Below, one piece after another: positions 8,037 through 16,474 of a stretch of 64,000 nt of DNA. The DNA comes from a virus. The stretch covers positions 2,630-66,629 of the IMG/VR virus record IMGVR_UViG_3300047552_000229. One strand, written 5' to 3'. The notes under the pieces were generated by a model, which did no database searches, was not told the origin of the DNA, and saw only the letters and a program-made list of their open reading frames with translations. Made by a program: the position numbers and the translations under genes. Within the stretch, counting starts at the first letter, position 1. Each line of letters begins with the position of its first letter.

Positions 8037-8798
8037 TCAACGAGCCATAGCAGCCACTTCAGGGTCGATGTTCACATACTCGCCTTTCATCAGGCGCTGT
8101 ACGCTCATATCGATCGAAGAAGCAGCAGCTTCTTTGACAAGCGAATCACTGATGTTGCACGCTTTCGCTGCACGATCAATGGTTTCGTATAAGTCATCCT
8201 TGGTCAACAGGCTCAGTGCTTTGAGTTCTGCCTTCCAGTCAGCCACATACGCAAGCTTGTCCTTGGCTTCGTCCTTCTGCTTTTGGAGTTCAGCAACTTT
8301 GCGAGCTTCCAAGATGTTCGCAGATTCTGCTTTCTTTATAGCGCCAACCCACGAGAGCGTTTCAAGCTGTTGCTTGATGTGCTCAAAGGATTGAGATGCG
8401 CGATATTCAGCAATATCGTCAAACAACTCAGGAATTGTGCGAAGCTTCTGTTTACCAGTAGTCTTGGACGGTTCAGCAAGCCATGCAAACGGACGGTGCT
8501 GTCTGCCTTTGGCATCAGCCTCGGTGTAACGCACCCACTCAACCAAAGCTACCAAAGTAGCGTTGTACAGAGTTGATGCATCCGAGATAGTCGCGGGCTT
8601 AGCAAGCTGCTCACCATCAAAGCCGAGCATATCTTGCAGAGCCATGTCCATAGGTGCGATAACCACACCACGAATTTCACGACTAACCGCATCGTTGAGA
8701 GCATTGCCAGCCCTGAACAGCAACGACAGCAACACAGTGGTTGCGACATTGCCATTACCAGAACCAATGGCACCCAACAGCGACGTAAGTTTTTTCAT
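8037..8798 (-). CDS. early protein family B, copy 1 (253 aa)
   Basis: Start moved to MKKLTS at 8798, after CTAGGAGAA; paralogue of 6510..7259. Confidence 0.85.
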   Translation of the reverse strand: MKKLTSLLGAIGSGNGNVATTVLLSLLFRAGNALNDAVSREIRGVVIAPMDMALQDMLGFDGEQLAKPATISDASTLYNATLVALVEWVRYTEADAKGRQHRPFAWLAEPSKTTGKQKLRTIPELFDDIAEYRASQSFEHIKQQLETLSWVGAIKKAESANILEARKVAELQKQKDEAKDKLAYVADWKAELKALSLLTKDDLYETIDRAAKACNISDSLVKEAAASSIDMSVQRLMKGEYVNIDPEVAAMAR

Positions 8799-8899
8799 CT
8801 TTGTTCTCCTAGATAGATGAATTGTTGCTCTTACCCGAGCAGGGTTAGTGTACGTAGTGCACACTCCAAAGCCCTGCAAACAGGGCGATGGGCTATGTA

Positions 8900-9361
8900 C
8901 TACTCTTCACCAGTCTCATAACTAAACACATACCCTTTGTTACTCAGGCGCGTGAGTTCGTCGATCTCGGTGTGAGTGAAATCACGATCAGTTGCAAATC
9001 GAATGTGAGTAGTGCCCTCTTGCTCTGCAATGAGAGCTATATACTTTCGAAGCAACAACTCATAATCTATCGTAGGGGTTACCAATCGAGATTCCAGATA
9101 GAAGTTCTCATTACCGCGATAATCCATATGCGACATCCAATTGCCTATAGCCTGTTCCAATGACCGTTGACAGGTAGTAGCCTCATCAATGGTATTGAAC
9201 TCATGCATACCAATGTCTTCAGCATTCTCAGCAGTCTGTTTGACAAAGGCGACGTACATAGTACGAAACACCATAATCATGTCATTCATAGTCATACGGA
9301 ATGTGACATAGTGATCATGCTTAGAAATAGCTTCTTCTAGCATTGTTTCTTGTTTCTTCAT
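8900..9361 (-). CDS. hypothetical protein
   Basis: Start MKKQET at 9361, after CTAGGAGAA. Confidence 0.75.
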   Translation of the reverse strand: MKKQETMLEEAISKHDHYVTFRMTMNDMIMVFRTMYVAFVKQTAENAEDIGMHEFNTIDEATTCQRSLEQAIGNWMSHMDYRGNENFYLESRLVTPTIDYELLLRKYIALIAEQEGTTHIRFATDRDFTHTEIDELTRLSNKGYVFSYETGEE

Positions 9362-9431
9362 TTTGATTCTCCTAGTTACCCTACGCAAATGCGTAGTCCA
9401 AGGCCTAGCACGCTAGGCAATGGACTAAACA

Positions 9432-9662
9432 CTAGTATTCATAATGCTTCGCTATGACATTACGTGCGATACGTCCTGCCATAGCATACGGACCCCATTT
9501 TCCTGATCCAACAACGTTGGCGGTATAAATAGGGATAAGGTCACCAATCGAGGAGCGAGCATAGACAATTAACTTGACATACGAACGCGTCTGAATGCGA
9601 ACGATTCTCGAATAGATGACCCCATTTATGACTTTGTCGAGGACTTTTGGGCGTGATTCCAT
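9432..9662 (-). CDS. hypothetical protein
   Basis: 76-aa ORF with a weak SD. Confidence 0.5.
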   Translation of the reverse strand: MESRPKVLDKVINGVIYSRIVRIQTRSYVKLIVYARSSIGDLIPIYTANVVGSGKWGPYAMAGRIARNVIAKHYEY

Positions 9663-9676
9663 ATATTTTCTTTCTA

Positions 9677-9751
9677 TATCAATGAGTTGTGAAGTGTTTT
9701 AGATGAAAACATACCGTGTAACAGAGGTATTGCTTAGCAATCAATAAGTTA
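9677..9751 (+). promoter_or_regulatory. two IHF-consensus boxes
   Basis: TATCAATGAGTTG (9677-9689) and AATCAATAAGTTA (9739-9751) both match WATCAANNNNTTR exactly. Confidence 0.55.
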
Positions 9752-9930
9752 CAAGGAAAACGAGGCATTACACTGCCTGAAGCTCAGTTCCTATAAACGA
9801 GTAATTAGTGTGTTAGTAAATACTAACATCTAATTCTCTCCTATATCTGGGAGGATGATTTTAAGTGTAACAGTGTTACAAACCTGTTTTATAAGGCTTT
9901 TTGGTGTAACAGAAGTGTTACGCGTTACAC
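9716..9930. repeat. cluster of GTGTAACAG/GTTACA iteron-like repeats (candidate origin)
   Basis: GTGTAACAG at 9716, 9865 and 9904; inverted GTTAC(A/G) at 9748, 9875, 9917 and 9924; TGTAACA-G-TGTTACA palindrome at 9866-9880. Confidence 0.6.
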
Positions 9931-10004
9931 CTGTTTCCTCCCGGTAAACAAAGTTGAATGGCTGCAAAATACCTCTGATATGCCCCTGACGAGGCATACC
10001 GCAG

Positions 10005-10166
10005 TTATTTCTTGGGATAAGTCTCTGATAAATAAGACATTTCCCTCTGTGAAAAGCTATAAGCGGCCTCCAAGGACATCGACGTTCCCGTCACTGTATG
10101 TCCGTAATAGGAGACTTTAGTCTCCCAAAGGCCGGTTTTAGCGTTGAAGGTGATTAGTACACTCAT
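10005..10166 (-). CDS. small hypothetical protein (53 aa)
   Basis: Hand translation MSVLITFNAKTGLWETKVSYYGHTV...YPKK*; same CTAGGAGAA SD as its neighbours. Confidence 0.65.
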   Translation of the reverse strand: MSVLITFNAKTGLWETKVSYYGHTVTGTSMSLEAAYSFSQREMSYLSETYPKK

Positions 10167-10270
10167 TGGTAATTCTCCTAGGTTATTAGACGCATTCGGT
10201 GCGCCACCGTGCTACTACCACGCATCGTTGCGTGAGTCGATCCATCTAGTGGCCTAGATGCACCAACAAT

Positions 10271-10306
10271 AAAAAAGACCCTACACGATGTTCTGTGTAG
10301 GGTCTT
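10271..10306 (-). terminator. intrinsic terminator downstream of 10312..10551
   Basis: Perfect 12-bp stem AAGACCCTACAC/GTGTAGGGTCTT, loop AGAACATC, U tract on the minus strand. Confidence 0.8.
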
Positions 10307-10311
10307 GTTGG

Positions 10312-10551
10312 TTAAACCTCGATGAGGTTCTTGCGTGCAAGGCGTTGGAACACCTGTTCTTCAGCGGTTGCTACCATCTCTTGATGGTAGAACTTGTGAA
10401 CATTGAAGTTCGCTTGCACGTGCGTAGCTACCACGTGTGATGCATCCACTACGCTATTGGCTTGTTCGCCAACATAGTTGAGGACTGTTACCAATACACT
10501 GTTAGTGGATTGGACGTGGCCGCGTGCGGCTTTGGCTTCTTTGAATGTCAT
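10312..10551 (-). CDS. early protein family A, copy 1 (79 aa); first gene of the leftward block
   Basis: Start MTFKEA at 10551, after CTAGGAGAA; paralogue of 6211..6468. Confidence 0.8.
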   Translation of the reverse strand: MTFKEAKAARGHVQSTNSVLVTVLNYVGEQANSVVDASHVVATHVQANFNVHKFYHQEMVATAEEQVFQRLARKNLIEV

Positions 10552-10671
10552 TTGTTTTCTCCTAGAAAAGAGGTTGAGAGACTCCTTATTCGGGTTGACA
10601 ATCCCGAATCCGAAGTGGGGTGGGTCAGAGGCGACCCACACCCAGAGAGTCTAACCACGCCCAACGTACAA

Positions 10672-10699
10672 AAATTTTTATAAAAATTTATGGTATGAT
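10672..10699 (+). promoter_or_regulatory. 18-bp AT palindrome followed by an extended -10 box, upstream of terS
   Basis: AAATTTTTATAAAAATTT (10672-10689), then TGGTATGAT (TGn-TATGAT). Confidence 0.5.
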
Positions 10700-10739
10700 T
10701 TTTCCCATGCAAAATCACTATCAGACCGTAGGTCTATAA

Positions 10740-11261
10740 ATGCAAAAACAGTACACAAGACGCAAGCCTGTCACGTCTACCGCAAGGGAGCCTAGTTCCA
10801 TCGTGCAAATGACCAAACCATTGAAGCCAGAGCAAGAACAGATCACGCATATGTTCGTGGACCAGAACCTGAGCAAGCATCAGATAGCGGCGAAGCTCGA
10901 CATGAAGCCCGCGAGTGTATCGAGGGTGCTGAATCAAGAGAATGTGAGCTATGAGGTAGCGAAAAGGCGCGAAGATTTGCGCATCAAGATGAAGATTACG
11001 AAGGAGGATGTCGCAAACATCCTGCTTGACGGGGTAGAAATGGCGCGTGTTATGGCCGAACCTAGTACAATGATACAAGGCGGCAGGGAACTGGGTAAGA
11101 TGCTAGGTTACTACGAGCCTGAAGTGGTGAAACATGAGGTTAATGTACAGAGCGCTGACTTCCAGACGCAGTTGAAGACCCTGACTGATCAAGAACTGTA
11201 CGCTTTGTTGGAAGAACACACCGTCGAAGGTGAGTTTAAGGAGATACAAGATGGCAGTTAA
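10740..11261 (+). CDS. terS: terminase small subunit
   Basis: N-terminal HTH (LSKHQIAAKLDMKPASVSRVL), ITKEDV...ELGKMLGYY and LTDQELYAL motifs; lies upstream of terL. Confidence 0.8.
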   Translation: MQKQYTRRKPVTSTAREPSSIVQMTKPLKPEQEQITHMFVDQNLSKHQIAAKLDMKPASVSRVLNQENVSYEVAKRREDLRIKMKITKEDVANILLDGVEMARVMAEPSTMIQGGRELGKMLGYYEPEVVKHEVNVQSADFQTQLKTLTDQELYALLEEHTVEGEFKEIQDGS

Positions 11262-11862
11262 TCTAAACAGAGAATTGTCAGCAAAAACTCCCGGCCTTCG
11301 GCACGTAGAGTTCAACATGTACAGAGGGCACGGAGCTTCTGGGTTAGAAGACCTCATGAAGACCGGTGTGGTTCAAGGAACGGAGGACTACCAAGGCAGG
11401 GCCTACTGGAGTAGAAACGCACCCCTCGCTCATTATGTAAGTCCGGACAGAAACGGATACGGCGCTGTTATAGAACTGGAAACGAACGGAAACCCTAGGC
11501 CGTATGATAGGCGTATGCCAACCAAGAACGGCTATCCGGCTACTCACGGAACTCCAGAGAGTGCGCACATCAATAGATTCACTGACCCCATTCGAGTGTA
11601 TACCCCTGATGCTCAGGGGAACTTCGCGCAGGTGTATGACAACGCAACCCCTTGGAAACGCGGGCTAAGGACGATTGGGTACAACGCTATTGGTAACACA
11701 GGGATGCGTGCACTTGCTATGGGTACAGAAGCACTGGCGAATCCCGTACTTGGACTAGCAGGACCTGTGATGGATATGTACGATATGGCCCATAACGACC
11801 CGGTTGCTAGGAATTACAACGCAGGTAACCCTGCATATAGTCGTACCATCGGACATAAATGA
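11251..11862 (+). CDS. putative ADP-ribosyltransferase-fold protein with an ejection-protein-like C-terminus
   Basis: TAAGGAG SD; overlaps the terS stop and the terL start (ATGA); YRG...GL..L...G, AYWS....A.Y, GAVIELE pattern. The gene is well supported; the function is tentative. Confidence 0.5.
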   Translation: MAVNLNRELSAKTPGLRHVEFNMYRGHGASGLEDLMKTGVVQGTEDYQGRAYWSRNAPLAHYVSPDRNGYGAVIELETNGNPRPYDRRMPTKNGYPATHGTPESAHINRFTDPIRVYTPDAQGNFAQVYDNATPWKRGLRTIGYNAIGNTGMRALAMGTEALANPVLGLAGPVMDMYDMAHNDPVARNYNAGNPAYSRTIGHK

Positions 11863-13430
11863 ACCAAGTAGCCGTACAAAGTAGGATTAAGCAGGAGTTA
11901 GTCGCCAGAGAAATAAGGCGAAGACGACTCATCGAGTTTGTTAAGTACTTTCACGGCAGTTATCAACCGGGATGGGTGCATATAGACATATGTTCGCGCT
12001 TAGAAAAGTTCTCAAAAGACGTAAAAGCCCGCAAGAGTCCACGCCTTATGCTTCTAATGCCGCCCCGACATGGCAAAAGCGAGATTGTGTCGAAGATGTA
12101 CCCTGCTTGGCACCTCGGGCAGTACCCCGACGACGAGTTCATCGGGACAAGTTACAACGTCTCATTGGCTACGGACTTCTCTAGACGCATCAGAGACATC
12201 GTAAAGAGCGAAGAATACGCGGCGATGTACCCTGAAACGCGTCTACACCCCGATTTTCAGAGCGCAGAAGCGTGGAGATTGGACAAAAAGCGTGGTGGTT
12301 ACGTAGCAGCAGGTATTGGAGGTGGTATTACGGGTAAAGGTGCCCATATTTTGACCATCGACGACCCTGTTAAGTCGCACGAAGAGGCGGATTCAGAGAC
12401 AATTCGTGAAGCGAACTGGAATTGGTACACTTCAACGGCTTATACACGTCTTGCACCGGGCGGTGGAGTGCTTGTAGTGCAGACTTGTTGGCATGACGAC
12501 GATTTGGCGGGTCGTTTGCAGCGGTATATGAAGGAAGACCCTGAATTTGACCAGTTTGAGGTCATAAAATACCCCGCAATGGCCGTTGAGGACGAGTGGC
12601 ACAGCTACGACGAGCGCACACAAGAGCTTCTTCGCTTCTCGAAAGGCCAAGACGACACCCGATTCCTTATACGGAACGCGGGAGATGCGCTGCATGTGGA
12701 CCGGTACGACATCAAGCAGTTGACGGCCATCAAGAAGACCCTCGGGCCTAGGCACTGGTCGGCTCTGTACCAACAAAACCCTGTACCTGACGATGGGAAC
12801 TACTTCAGCAAGGACCACTTTGTGTTCAGGGACCCGCCCATGCAGCGGTACAACGTGTATCAGGCGTGGGACTTTGCCATTACGGAGAAGCAGCAGAACG
12901 ACTATACGGTAGGTACGACGGGGTACCACGACGAGACGGATGTGTTGCACGTGACGGACATGATACGGTTCAAGAGCGGTAACGCGTTCGAGATCGTGGA
13001 GGCTATGCTCAACCAAGCGGTGAAGCATCAGGTAGGCAACAACCTGCCGGTCATAGGTGTTGAGGATGGGCAGATATGGAAGAGTATCAGTGCTGTGTTC
13101 GACAAGCGCTGTCACGAGCGCCGTCTGTACCCAAGTGTAGAGCTTCTCAAACCACTTACTGACAAGGCCGCACGTGCGCGTCCGCTTCAGGGGCGTATGC
13201 AGCAGCACATGATCGTGTTCCCTAGGGATACGGAGTGGACTATCACTGCACAACAGGAGTTGTTGCGCTTTCCAAGCGGTGTGCATGATGATATAGTTGA
13301 CTCACTCGCGTGGCTCGCTAAGCTAGTGGTCGATAAAACCCCACCGGCGCGTGCGCAGGAGAAGCAGATAAAGAGTTGGAAAGATAGAATCTTTGCAGGC
13401 GGCGCTGCCGCTTCGCATATGGGAGCGTGA
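11859..13430 (+). CDS. terL: terminase large subunit
   Basis: MPPRHGKS Walker A, GITGKGAHILTIDDPVK Walker B, AWDFA and HDDIVDSL nuclease motifs. Confidence 0.97.
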   Translation: MNQVAVQSRIKQELVAREIRRRRLIEFVKYFHGSYQPGWVHIDICSRLEKFSKDVKARKSPRLMLLMPPRHGKSEIVSKMYPAWHLGQYPDDEFIGTSYNVSLATDFSRRIRDIVKSEEYAAMYPETRLHPDFQSAEAWRLDKKRGGYVAAGIGGGITGKGAHILTIDDPVKSHEEADSETIREANWNWYTSTAYTRLAPGGGVLVVQTCWHDDDLAGRLQRYMKEDPEFDQFEVIKYPAMAVEDEWHSYDERTQELLRFSKGQDDTRFLIRNAGDALHVDRYDIKQLTAIKKTLGPRHWSALYQQNPVPDDGNYFSKDHFVFRDPPMQRYNVYQAWDFAITEKQQNDYTVGTTGYHDETDVLHVTDMIRFKSGNAFEIVEAMLNQAVKHQVGNNLPVIGVEDGQIWKSISAVFDKRCHERRLYPSVELLKPLTDKAARARPLQGRMQQHMIVFPRDTEWTITAQQELLRFPSGVHDDIVDSLAWLAKLVVDKTPPARAQEKQIKSWKDRIFAGGAAASHMGA

Positions 13431-13431
13431 C

Positions 13432-14274
13432 ATGAGGCTATACACCCCACAACAGCAGTCGGATATTGCCAGTGCTCAGCAGCAGACAGAAGCGGCGATC
13501 TCCCCCTCCTTCATCGGTACTGCATGGGATACGGTCACAGCCGCAGACGCTTCTGTAGGGCGAGGGCTTTCCTCTTTGGGGAAGGCTACAGTCGGTGGAT
13601 TCAACAGCGCGGTGCAGAGCACTGGCATTCCGAAGCTCTTTTCTCTGTCTAGAAACGACGTTAAGAACCGCAACGGAGTAGCTACCGCTCCTATGACGCC
13701 CGCTGCTCCGGAGCAGAAGCCGTTTCAGTGGTTGGCCGGTATGCAGCAGAATCCGGCACAAATGGCCGGAGCGGATACTGCCCTTCCCACACCGAACTTG
13801 GCAGGGGCTGTAGGCGCAGACCCCATGAATACCACCCCTCCACCTCTCCCCGGTGCGCTGTCGGCGCAACTTTCAGCGAACACAAGTCGCAACTGGGAGC
13901 AGAGTCAGTTGCCTGCCCTACAGGGGCATGGGAAGATGATAACTGGGTCGGACGGACAGCCTATGTGGCAGCGCGGTAGCGCGGACGTTGCGAACCCTAA
14001 CATGACAATCGGCCCAAGTCGGAAGATGTCCAATGATGAAGTTATTGCGCACATGGACCAGTACAATAAGGCTCATGCTAGCCCGCAACCGCAAGAAAGC
14101 CTTATCAAGTTCAACAATGTAGACGCGAACTTGGCTAATCTAGGCCCAAAGGCTTCGACCACGAAGAACTTCCTGCCTAACGGCGGCGGGCTGCGACAGG
14201 ATTACGGCTCTTTACAACCCCAGATGAATAGACAAGACGTTTCAGCTTCGCTGATTACAATGCCCAGAGGCTAA
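13432..14274 (+). CDS. low-complexity P/Q/A/G-rich protein, possible internal virion protein
   Basis: ATG at 13432 after GGAG; sits between terL and portal; composition suggests disorder. Confidence 0.6.
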   Translation: MRLYTPQQQSDIASAQQQTEAAISPSFIGTAWDTVTAADASVGRGLSSLGKATVGGFNSAVQSTGIPKLFSLSRNDVKNRNGVATAPMTPAAPEQKPFQWLAGMQQNPAQMAGADTALPTPNLAGAVGADPMNTTPPPLPGALSAQLSANTSRNWEQSQLPALQGHGKMITGSDGQPMWQRGSADVANPNMTIGPSRKMSNDEVIAHMDQYNKAHASPQPQESLIKFNNVDANLANLGPKASTTKNFLPNGGGLRQDYGSLQPQMNRQDVSASLITMPRG

Positions 14275-14284
14275 GGACTAGCAC

Positions 14285-16474
14285 ATGCCAGTAAATCCCG
14301 AACAAGCGCGAGTGACGTGGCTGCGCTATGTGTATTGCCGCGACAATGGACATATTGACTATGTTAAGAAGGCTCGCCAGTGCGAGGACTTCTTCGCGGG
14401 GGATCAGTGGGACCCGATGGATAAGGCGTATTTGCAGTCGGTAAAACGCCCTGCCCTGACAATCAACAAGATTCTGTCTACTGTATCGAACGTATTGGGC
14501 GAACAGATACAGACACGCAACGAGATTTCCTTCCGCCCGCGCGGTCCGGGCGCAGATTCGCAGGTAGCTGACACCTTAACCAAGGTTTTCAGCCAGATCA
14601 GCGACAACAACCAGTTGGATTGGCTTCGTAGCGACATGTTCGCGGACGGAATCATCACAAGTCGCGGATATCTCGACATTCGCATGAACTATGACGATAA
14701 CGAGCAGGGCGAGGTGAAAATCATCAAGCTCAACCCGAAAAACGTCCTAGTTGACCCGGATGCAGACGATTACGACCCAAAAACGTGGAATGACGTGCTT
14801 ATTTCGCGTTGGATGACCGCAGACGACATAGCCATCCTTTACAGCAAGGAAGATGCAGAATACTTGCGCCATAAGAGCGGCGAGTTGTATACGTACGGGT
14901 ACGATGCAGTGGACGTAAGGAGAGACTCTTTCGCTCAGGCCGTAGTGAGAGGGTATCCCGGTGCGCCTATGGATGGCACCGTACCCGTACGTAACATTCG
15001 TGTTATCGAGCGTCAGTACAAGCTGTTGGACAACGTGAAGCACTTCGTTGACCTTACCACGGGCGATATGCGCCCGATCCCCGACGATTGGAACCGTGAC
15101 AAGATCACCGCCATTGCAGATCAGTACCGTCTGGGCGTTAAGAAGAAGCTCATCAAGCGTGTTAAGTGGGAAGTGGTAGCGGACAACGTGCTATTGCACG
15201 AGTCGTGGTCGCCGTACACCGACTTCACTGTCGTTCCGTACTTCCCGTACTTCCGGCATGGTCGGACCATTGGTATGGTCGAGAACCTGCTTGGACCTCA
15301 AGAATTGCTTAACAAGGTCAGTTCGCAGGAACTGCACGTTGTTAATACTAGTGCCAACAGCGGTTGGGTAGTTAAGACAGGCTCGTTGGTTAACATGTCG
15401 ATTGAGGAGCTTGAACAACGTGGCGCGCAAACTGGCTTGGTGCTTGAGGTTAGGGACGATACGGCTCATGTGCAGAAGATTAATCCTAACCAAACTCCTA
15501 CGGGCTTGGATCGGATTACATACAAAGCCGAAGAGCACATCAAGACTATCTCGGGTGTATCGGACAGCGCTCAAGGATTTGATCGTGAAGATGTAGCTGC
15601 CAAGGCCATCCAAGCGAAACAGATGCGTGGTGCTATCAATCAGGCCAAGTGCATGGATAGCCTGTCCCGCACTGACTTCCTGATTGCCCGCCAGATTCTG
15701 AACCTCGTGCAAGAGTTCTACACTGGCCCTCGCGTTATGCAGATCATGACTGATCGGCTGACCCGTGAGACACAACAACTCGATTTGAATACACCTGATC
15801 CGGTGACAGGGGCTATCACTAATGACCTCACCCTCGGTGAATATGACGTTGTTGTTTCTTCGATGCCCTCACGTGATTCCTTGGAGGACAGCCAGTTCGA
15901 GCAAGCAGCACGTATGCGTGAAATGGGCATCAACATCCCCGAAACTGTATTGGTCGAGAACTCTCGACTTCTCCGTCGAGGCGAGATAATGAAGCAGATG
16001 CAGGAGGCCCAAAACTCTCCGGAGGCACAGGCCCAAGCACAACTTCAGCAGCAGATGCAGCAGGCGGAACTTGCTAAGACTCAGGCAGAGGCGCAGAATA
16101 AACAGGCCGATGCGGGTCTGAAGCAGGCCAAAGCTCAGGAATTGCAGATGCCAGACCAGTCCGAACAGGTCAAGGTCGAGGCAGAGCAGATGAAGATGCA
16201 GCTTGAGCAGCAGAAGCATGAGATGGACATTGAGGCTGAGCAAGTCAAGCAACAGCAGTCCATGCAGGCTGAGGCAGCCAAGATGTCTATGGCCGATCAG
16301 AAGCTTCAGGCGGAGCTTGAGATGAAGAAGCAGATGCACGCTCTGGAGCTTGAGATGAAGCAGCAAGAGATTGCTATGAAGAAGCAGGAAGCTGAGCAGA
16401 ACGCTCAGATTAAGTGGGCTGAGTCCCAAGTGAAGATGTTAACCGCAAACAAGGAGTCTAGCGAAAATGAGTGA
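14285..16474 (+). CDS. portal protein (P22-like) with a long Q/E/K-rich C-terminal coiled coil
   Basis: FFAGDQW...RPALTINKI, VPYFPY, GMVENLLGPQELLNK, DLTLGEYDVVV motifs. Confidence 0.93.
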   Translation: MPVNPEQARVTWLRYVYCRDNGHIDYVKKARQCEDFFAGDQWDPMDKAYLQSVKRPALTINKILSTVSNVLGEQIQTRNEISFRPRGPGADSQVADTLTKVFSQISDNNQLDWLRSDMFADGIITSRGYLDIRMNYDDNEQGEVKIIKLNPKNVLVDPDADDYDPKTWNDVLISRWMTADDIAILYSKEDAEYLRHKSGELYTYGYDAVDVRRDSFAQAVVRGYPGAPMDGTVPVRNIRVIERQYKLLDNVKHFVDLTTGDMRPIPDDWNRDKITAIADQYRLGVKKKLIKRVKWEVVADNVLLHESWSPYTDFTVVPYFPYFRHGRTIGMVENLLGPQELLNKVSSQELHVVNTSANSGWVVKTGSLVNMSIEELEQRGAQTGLVLEVRDDTAHVQKINPNQTPTGLDRITYKAEEHIKTISGVSDSAQGFDREDVAAKAIQAKQMRGAINQAKCMDSLSRTDFLIARQILNLVQEFYTGPRVMQIMTDRLTRETQQLDLNTPDPVTGAITNDLTLGEYDVVVSSMPSRDSLEDSQFEQAARMREMGINIPETVLVENSRLLRRGEIMKQMQEAQNSPEAQAQAQLQQQMQQAELAKTQAEAQNKQADAGLKQAKAQELQMPDQSEQVKVEAEQMKMQLEQQKHEMDIEAEQVKQQQSMQAEAAKMSMADQKLQAELEMKKQMHALELEMKQQEIAMKKQEAEQNAQIKWAESQVKMLTANKESSENE

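Noticed and set aside
10111-10126. GGAGAC-TTTA-GTCTCC hairpin
   Set aside because: Lies inside the 10005-10166 coding sequence; short and unsupported.
10589-10608. tRNA-like T-arm (also GGGTTCAACCC near 55571-55581)
   Set aside because: No cloverleaf, D-arm or acceptor stem around either.
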